56,566 nt of DNA. Source: a virus. Location: positions 1 through 56,566 of IMG/VR virus record IMGVR_UViG_3300045988_014023. One strand, written 5' to 3'. The position numbers and the translations under genes are program-made. How positions within the stretch are numbered: the stretch's first letter is position 1; each line of letters begins with the position of its first letter. Of the stretch, positions 52,616 to 56,566 are shown piece by piece. Below the pieces are notes generated by a model, which was not told where the DNA came from, ran no database searches, and was given only the letters and a program-made list of their open reading frames with translations.

Positions 52616-52820
52616 AATGCGGTCTATGCTAGACTATAACTACAGCCGGGCAAGCGTCTTCTGGCGTTTGCCTGTGATCTGCAACACCGTCAAATATCAT
52701 CAATGAATTATCTATATATGACATAACATATAGTGTATTTGTGTTATTTGCGAAATGCCGAAGATAATTGCACGTTTGTTACACGTTTTTGAGAATCCGT
52801 GAAAATGGAATCTCGACCCC

Positions 52821-52842
52821 AAAAACGCTACCCCAGGGGGTA
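52821..52842 (-). terminator. Weak terminator at the end of the orphan module
   Basis: Minus strand UACCC-CCUG-GGGUA followed by GCGUUUUU. Confidence 0.35.
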
Positions 52843-52850
52843 CAAAAAAA

Positions 52851-53009
52851 TTACGAAATATTTTTTGGCGCGCGGAGAAAATTTTCTTTCGTAAAAATTA
52901 AAGACCGCGCCGCATAATCGCTTTTGCTCAACTCTTCTATCAGCTTTTCCCTAGTCATTTCCGGATTCGTCCGGTGAACGTACTGTAAGAGTTCTGAAAT
53001 TTTATCCAT
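52851..53009 (-). CDS. Hypothetical small protein (52 aa)
   Basis: Hand-translated MDKISELLQYVHRTNPEMTREKLIEELSKSDY... TAATG overlap with the upstream gene. Confidence 0.4.
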   Translation of the reverse strand: MDKISELLQYVHRTNPEMTREKLIEELSKSDYAARSLIFTKENFLRAPKNIS

Positions 53010-53344
53010 TATGCAACAACCTCCATAAGTTCAATCAATAGTCTGTCTGCTATTTCAAATACTTCTCTTCCGTATGTAGCCAAAAAGTCTGCTACAATTT
53101 CCTCGGTGCTAATATCCATGTATACATTATACGAAAGACAGAACGCATGGCATAATTCGTGACATAACACACGGTCAAGGAATTTTCCGCGCAGATCATC
53201 CGCAAGATATATCGTTTTCGTGTCTCTGTCGGTCATGCCTACCGTTCTGCTCCCATCGCTTCTCTGTAGCATATCGCTGTAACGCGATACTTTGACCAAA
53301 TTCCACATTTCATTGTTTATTGTGAACAATTTACCACCTCGCAA
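53009..53344 (-). CDS. Small HExxH zinc-metallopeptidase-like protein
   Basis: 111 aa with ...TIYLADDLRGKFLDRVLCHELCHAF.... The start codon is uncertain (TTG in the track). Confidence 0.5.
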   Translation of the reverse strand: MRGGKLFTINNEMWNLVKVSRYSDMLQRSDGSRTVGMTDRDTKTIYLADDLRGKFLDRVLCHELCHAFCLSYNVYMDISTEEIVADFLATYGREVFEIADRLLIELMEVVA

Positions 53345-53370
53345 ACAAAGAGGGCAAAATGCCCTCTCTA

Positions 53371-54051
53371 TTACATTTTCGTAACAAGCGTAGTCAGCTT
53401 AGTCTTGGTCAACTGTTTCTCTTCCGGGGACATGCCGGAAAACAGTTCGGTCACATCTTCCGAAAGAGATTTCATGTACTTTTCGAGTTCTTTCATCTTT
53501 GCGTCCTTATCTTCCGGTGAATTTCCGTTATGCATTTCCTTTGTCTCCATGTAACTTCTCCGGCTCATACCGGCTCTGCCCTCTCTTGCATCGTGAGTAC
53601 CGGTACTCATGCCGTTATTTCCGCTCATAGGCTCTGAATAATACATCTTTCCAATACTCATTCGGTCAAGGTCTCTCATTCGGTCGTATTCCGGCATTCT
53701 CTCCCATTCGTGGTAATCTTCCGGCATCTGATGATAATATGGCGGTTCTATATATCCTCTGCGTGTTCCGCGCCCCTTCGGTGCGAATCTGCCATTTGAG
53801 TACCGGTACTCATTGTAGTATCTTCTTCCCGGATAATCCCCAAATTCTTCCTCCATGCGCATGATTTCTTCGTTTTCAGACTTTTTCATTGCTTCAACAA
53901 TGTTATAGTCCTTGTCAAAGCACACGATGTTCTTTGCAATCTCCGTCCAATCCTTGAGATCATCAAGGTTTTGACCCTCGAAATTCTCAATTCCGATGCC
54001 GTCAACGTGGGCTTTCACGCAATCCATAATCTGTTTCGCAAACTTATGCAT
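53371..54051 (-). CDS. Hypothetical Tyr/Arg/Met/Glu-rich protein
   Basis: 226 aa. The central segment YPGRRYYNEYRYSNGRFAPKGRGTRRGYIEPPYYHQMPEDYHEWERMPEYDRMRDLDRM is low-complexity. Confidence 0.55.
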   Translation of the reverse strand: MHKFAKQIMDCVKAHVDGIGIENFEGQNLDDLKDWTEIAKNIVCFDKDYNIVEAMKKSENEEIMRMEEEFGDYPGRRYYNEYRYSNGRFAPKGRGTRRGYIEPPYYHQMPEDYHEWERMPEYDRMRDLDRMSIGKMYYSEPMSGNNGMSTGTHDAREGRAGMSRRSYMETKEMHNGNSPEDKDAKMKELEKYMKSLSEDVTELFSGMSPEEKQLTKTKLTTLVTKM

Positions 54052-54055
54052 AATA

Positions 54056-54475
54056 TCAAGCCTCCCTTACCGCAATCAAATTACTGTTCTGCACCTCGAT
54101 AGCCTGTGTAGATGTATTCTGCACCGCTACTGTACTGCAACAGCCACAAGGTACATCAACGTATGCCTGAGCCGAAACGTTAAATAAATTTTGTACTGCT
54201 GCCGGAGTAACTATCATTCGTGTTGACTGTAAAGGTTCTCCATCCACTGCAATAGCAAGCGAAATCTCTTCAACTGTACCGCCTGTCGGTATCTGAATGT
54301 TTCCACTATAAGATACTAAAAATCTAGCCTTGCACTGATTTGTGATACCTCTTAACTTGATAATTCCACTTCCTTGTCTGTGTACGATACATTTTGTTCC
54401 GTTTACTGCTGTTTCTGTGAATGCAACATCTTCTCCAGCAGCAACGGTTTGTAATGCAATTCCTGTTACTTCCAT
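54056..54475 (-). CDS. All-beta protein resembling BclA-C/DUF3992 (TNF/C1q-like jelly-roll) domains
   Basis: Start at MEVTGIAL (GAGAGG RBS). The pattern ...GIIKLRGITNQCKARFLVSYSGNIQIP...ISLAIAVDGEPL...VPCGCCSTVAVQN...IEVQNSNLIAV is recalled from exosporium/appendage proteins. Confidence 0.35.
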   Translation of the reverse strand: MEVTGIALQTVAAGEDVAFTETAVNGTKCIVHRQGSGIIKLRGITNQCKARFLVSYSGNIQIPTGGTVEEISLAIAVDGEPLQSTRMIVTPAAVQNLFNVSAQAYVDVPCGCCSTVAVQNTSTQAIEVQNSNLIAVREA

Positions 54476-54598
54476 TATTTTTACCTCTCTTTCATAAAAA
54501 TAAGGGCAAACATTACAGTCTGCCCTTTGATTCAAAAGTAATACTGCATAGCAGACATGATCGAGTTAAACTCAATTAAGATACTCAATTATTTAGTT

Positions 54599-55360
54599 TT
54601 AGCAGCCACATCCTGTGTTGCATCCACATCCATATGCATAAGCATTTGGGTTAGGTACGACATATGCCGGGATAGCAGACGGATTTACTGCATTGATAAT
54701 CTGCTGTGTCTGAGCCGCCATCTGAGTTGTAAGCAATGCGCTCTGGCGATCCTGTGAAGCCGCTCTGCGAAGGTCGCTATTTTCTGCCTGTAAGCTAGAA
54801 ATCTTCTCATTGCAGAGATAATCAAGAATAGCGCGTGTTCCTGCGTTCTGACTGTCGATAATGTCTCTCGTGTTGCTGTTCATGGTGTTCTGCAAAGCGC
54901 AAGTGTTAGTTGCCATGTTGTAGTTTACGCCCTGAATAGCTTCTCTCGTTTCACAGCAGCAGTTAGCGATCTGTGCCTGTAATGCATTTGTATTCTGCAT
55001 ATTAGCGACTGTATCAGCGTTGATAGCCTGCTGAATGCCGAAACCTGTTTGTAAAATGTTTGTGCTGATTCCGTTCATGCCGTTTTGTACTGCATAGAAT
55101 CCGTCACAAAGACCATTTGAAATGCCATCAAGCTTTGACACAACCGCTTGGTTGTCGAATCCGCGCTGAATTTCGCTTCCGACACCACCATTCATTCCGT
55201 TTCCTCCGAATCCGTTACCGAATCCACCCCATCCAAAGATGGCAAAGATAACGATAATGAACCATAACCATGAGCCTTCTGCGCCCCATCCGTTGTTATT
55301 TCCGTTTCCGTCAATGTTTGCGACAAGCGGAACAGATGCACAATTACCTGTGTTAAACAT
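54599..55360 (-). CDS. Gly/Asn/Gln-rich membrane protein with CCC and C-terminal GCGCNTGCGC motifs
   Basis: Start at MFNTGNCAS (GGAGG RBS). One TM (WLWFIIVIFAIFGW) flanked by GNG repeats, then GLCDGFYA...NCCCETREA...YGCGCNTGCGC. Confidence 0.6.
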   Translation of the reverse strand: MFNTGNCASVPLVANIDGNGNNNGWGAEGSWLWFIIVIFAIFGWGGFGNGFGGNGMNGGVGSEIQRGFDNQAVVSKLDGISNGLCDGFYAVQNGMNGISTNILQTGFGIQQAINADTVANMQNTNALQAQIANCCCETREAIQGVNYNMATNTCALQNTMNSNTRDIIDSQNAGTRAILDYLCNEKISSLQAENSDLRRAASQDRQSALLTTQMAAQTQQIINAVNPSAIPAYVVPNPNAYAYGCGCNTGCGC

Positions 55361-55408
55361 AGAATTTACCTCCATAATTCATTTTTATATAATCTTGCAA
55401 GATTAGTA

Positions 55409-55636
55409 TCACATTCCTAATTGGCTTTTAAACGACTCAAAAGCCTTATCTGCGTCAATTCCCTTTTCTTTGCACAAATTCCTAGCCATCTGCTCGATGC
55501 CCTTGGAATCTCCCTTTTGTGCCATATGCATAGCGTTTCTAGCCATAGGGTTGCTCATTACGCTGTTATTCCCCATCATTTGTTGTAAAAACTGCTGTGG
55601 GTTTCTCATACCCTGTAACATCTGCATAGGATTCAT
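55409..55636 (-). CDS. Met/Gln-rich small protein
   Basis: 75 aa with 12 Met counted by eye (MNPMQMLQGMRNPQQFLQQMMGNN...). Confidence 0.5.
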   Translation of the reverse strand: MNPMQMLQGMRNPQQFLQQMMGNNSVMSNPMARNAMHMAQKGDSKGIEQMARNLCKEKGIDADKAFESFKSQLGM

Positions 55637-56112
55637 TAAGACTCACTCTCCTTTTGTGTTCGTGAAGATTTTCTTTGCGTTTGCGAAGATAACTTATCTT
55701 CCAACTCTTCCATCTTTCCAAACAAACAATCTAATTTGTCAGTAATAGCCTTTGTCGCATCATCAGACAGCCCTATTTCAATTCTTTTATCATCAATCGA
55801 AGAATCTGCCATCTGCTCATTAAAAGGCTTGTAAACGGTCTTTCTGATTGTTCCATTGGCATCCCATTGTTTTGCAACGATTGCGCTCATGTCCTGCATT
55901 GGGAAAAACGCAACGCTTCCATCCATAGGCACATCATTCGCCATGATCGCTGATTCCGACTGCACTACTTTTCCTTGGATTCCAAGAAATTGAGGTTGCA
56001 TCTGCGGAATCTGCGGCTCTGGCTGTTGAAACCTCTGCATTGGGTTGTACTGATATGCGGCATAGCTTGGGTTTTGGTTAAATGCCATATTCTGATTTTG
56101 CATCTGATACAT
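55636..56112 (-). CDS. Protein with a Q/N-rich (prion-like composition) N-terminus
   Basis: 158 aa. The first 46 residues contain 13 Q and 5 N by my count. GGAGGAAGAG RBS. Confidence 0.55.
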   Translation of the reverse strand: MYQMQNQNMAFNQNPSYAAYQYNPMQRFQQPEPQIPQMQPQFLGIQGKVVQSESAIMANDVPMDGSVAFFPMQDMSAIVAKQWDANGTIRKTVYKPFNEQMADSSIDDKRIEIGLSDDATKAITDKLDCLFGKMEELEDKLSSQTQRKSSRTQKESES

Positions 56113-56230
56113 TCTCTTCCTCCAATACTTCCTTGATTGCGTGAATCATTGCTGACTGATACACAAGCGGAACCTTCGACACATCTTCTCTCGTTAAGAT
56201 TTTTTCAAGAATTTCATCTGTAAATAACAT
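56078..56230 (-). CDS. Hypothetical small protein (50 aa), first gene of the orphan module
   Basis: Hand-translated MLFTDEILEKILTREDVSKVPLVYQSAMIHAIKEVLEEE... with a GGAGGG RBS. Confidence 0.4.
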   Translation of the reverse strand: MLFTDEILEKILTREDVSKVPLVYQSAMIHAIKEVLEEENVSDAKSEYGI

Positions 56231-56307
56231 TCCGCATCCCTCCTATGCTTATATTTTTGCATAAAAAAATACGGTTCTTCCGCAAAAAATAAGCAGAAAA
56301 ACCGCAT

Positions 56308-56331
56308 AAAAAAAGAACGCCCAAAGCGTTC
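56308..56331 (-). terminator. Rho-independent terminator between the att region and the orphan module
   Basis: Minus strand GAACGC-TTTGG-GCGTTC followed by TTTTTTT. Confidence 0.65.
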
Positions 56332-56399
56332 CAATTCTACCATTTACAGAAAAGAATCTAAAGCACTTGCGCAGACTCCTTTCTTTTGTGTTCAGTTTT

Positions 56400-56419
56400 T
56401 TGAGTACCATTTTGAGTAC
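56400..56419 (+). repeat. Two TTGAGTAC(C) repeats (56400-56407, 56412-56419); candidate integrase arm-type sites
   Basis: Same core as at 75-82 and 85-92. Lies ~50 bp from the tRNA-like core on the opposite side. Confidence 0.4.
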
Positions 56420-56467
56420 CAATTTTTTTAAGACGCCGCAAACACAGTGTTTATGCGACTTTTAAAA

Positions 56468-56566
56468 CAGTCCGTACGGGAATCGAACCCTAAAGTAATT
56501 GTCTTGAAATGGCTTAAAATAGCCATTCTTTCAATTTTTCTTTGAGTACCTTTGAGTACTAGGGAC
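56468..56566. repeat. Right copy of the exact 99-bp terminal direct repeat
   Basis: Identical to 1-99. Confidence 0.95.

Noticed and set aside
1-56566. Stop-codon reassignment or a suppressor tRNA (given the tRNA array)
   Set aside because: All large genes (tape measure 1257 aa, tail tip 754 aa, ATPase 665 aa, terL 582 aa, portal 486 aa) are intact under the standard code. None of the folded tRNAs has a CUA, UCA or UUA anticodon.
1-56566. A retron, DGR or other reverse-transcriptase-based system explaining the alternative fibre tip
   Set aside because: No ORF in the window shows reverse-transcriptase motifs. The two tips are unrelated in sequence rather than A-to-N mutagenised copies.

Overview
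The window looks like one complete temperate, siphovirus-type phage or prophage genome. It has 56,467 bp of unique sequence plus an exact 99-bp terminal direct repeat (1-99 = 56468-56566). Gene content and AT-richness suggest a Firmicutes/Clostridia host, but that is inference. Almost every gene is on the minus strand.

Reading the minus strand from the immunity switch (~20.1 kb) downward:
- Early genes: Cro-like regulator, Bro-N antirepressor, SSB-like protein, SMC-like ATPase, RecT, MBL-fold hydrolase, homing-endonuclease-like genes, replisome organizer, DnaB, YopX, a split methyltransferase-like gene, a GerE-type HTH and a tyrosine integrase (100-1296).
- The integrase abuts a tRNA-3'-end-like putative attP core.

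Continuing across the repeat:
- A terminator-bracketed 8-gene orphan module (52851-56230).
- A GC-richer plus-strand island (50.9-52.6 kb) under a palindrome-controlled promoter set.
- TerS-like gene, MazG, and an array of 6 tRNAs (Gln, Tyr, Glu, Ile-UAU, Phe, Ser) plus tRNA-like elements.
- Zn-ribbon mini-genes, TerL, portal, scaffold, decoration-like protein and lambda-E-like capsid.
- Neck genes (with embedded holin-like genes), tail tube, G/T chaperones with a slippery site, an Amidase_5-like hydrolase and the tape measure.
- A 3-gene moron island, then tail tip and fibre genes.

The most notable observations:
- A startless, inverted alternative tail-fibre C-terminus joined in frame by a 16-bp inverted repeat. 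This is a candidate invertible host-range cassette, and no invertase is present in the window.
- The att-proximal orphan module of low-complexity, Cys-rich and jelly-roll-like proteins.
- Duplicated convergent two-gene cassettes flanking a face-to-face promoter switch.
- A 13-bp palindrome centred in three promoter spacers.
- Iterons shared between a non-coding region and the replisome-organizer gene.

All functional calls come from motif recognition by eye. No searches or folding programs were run.
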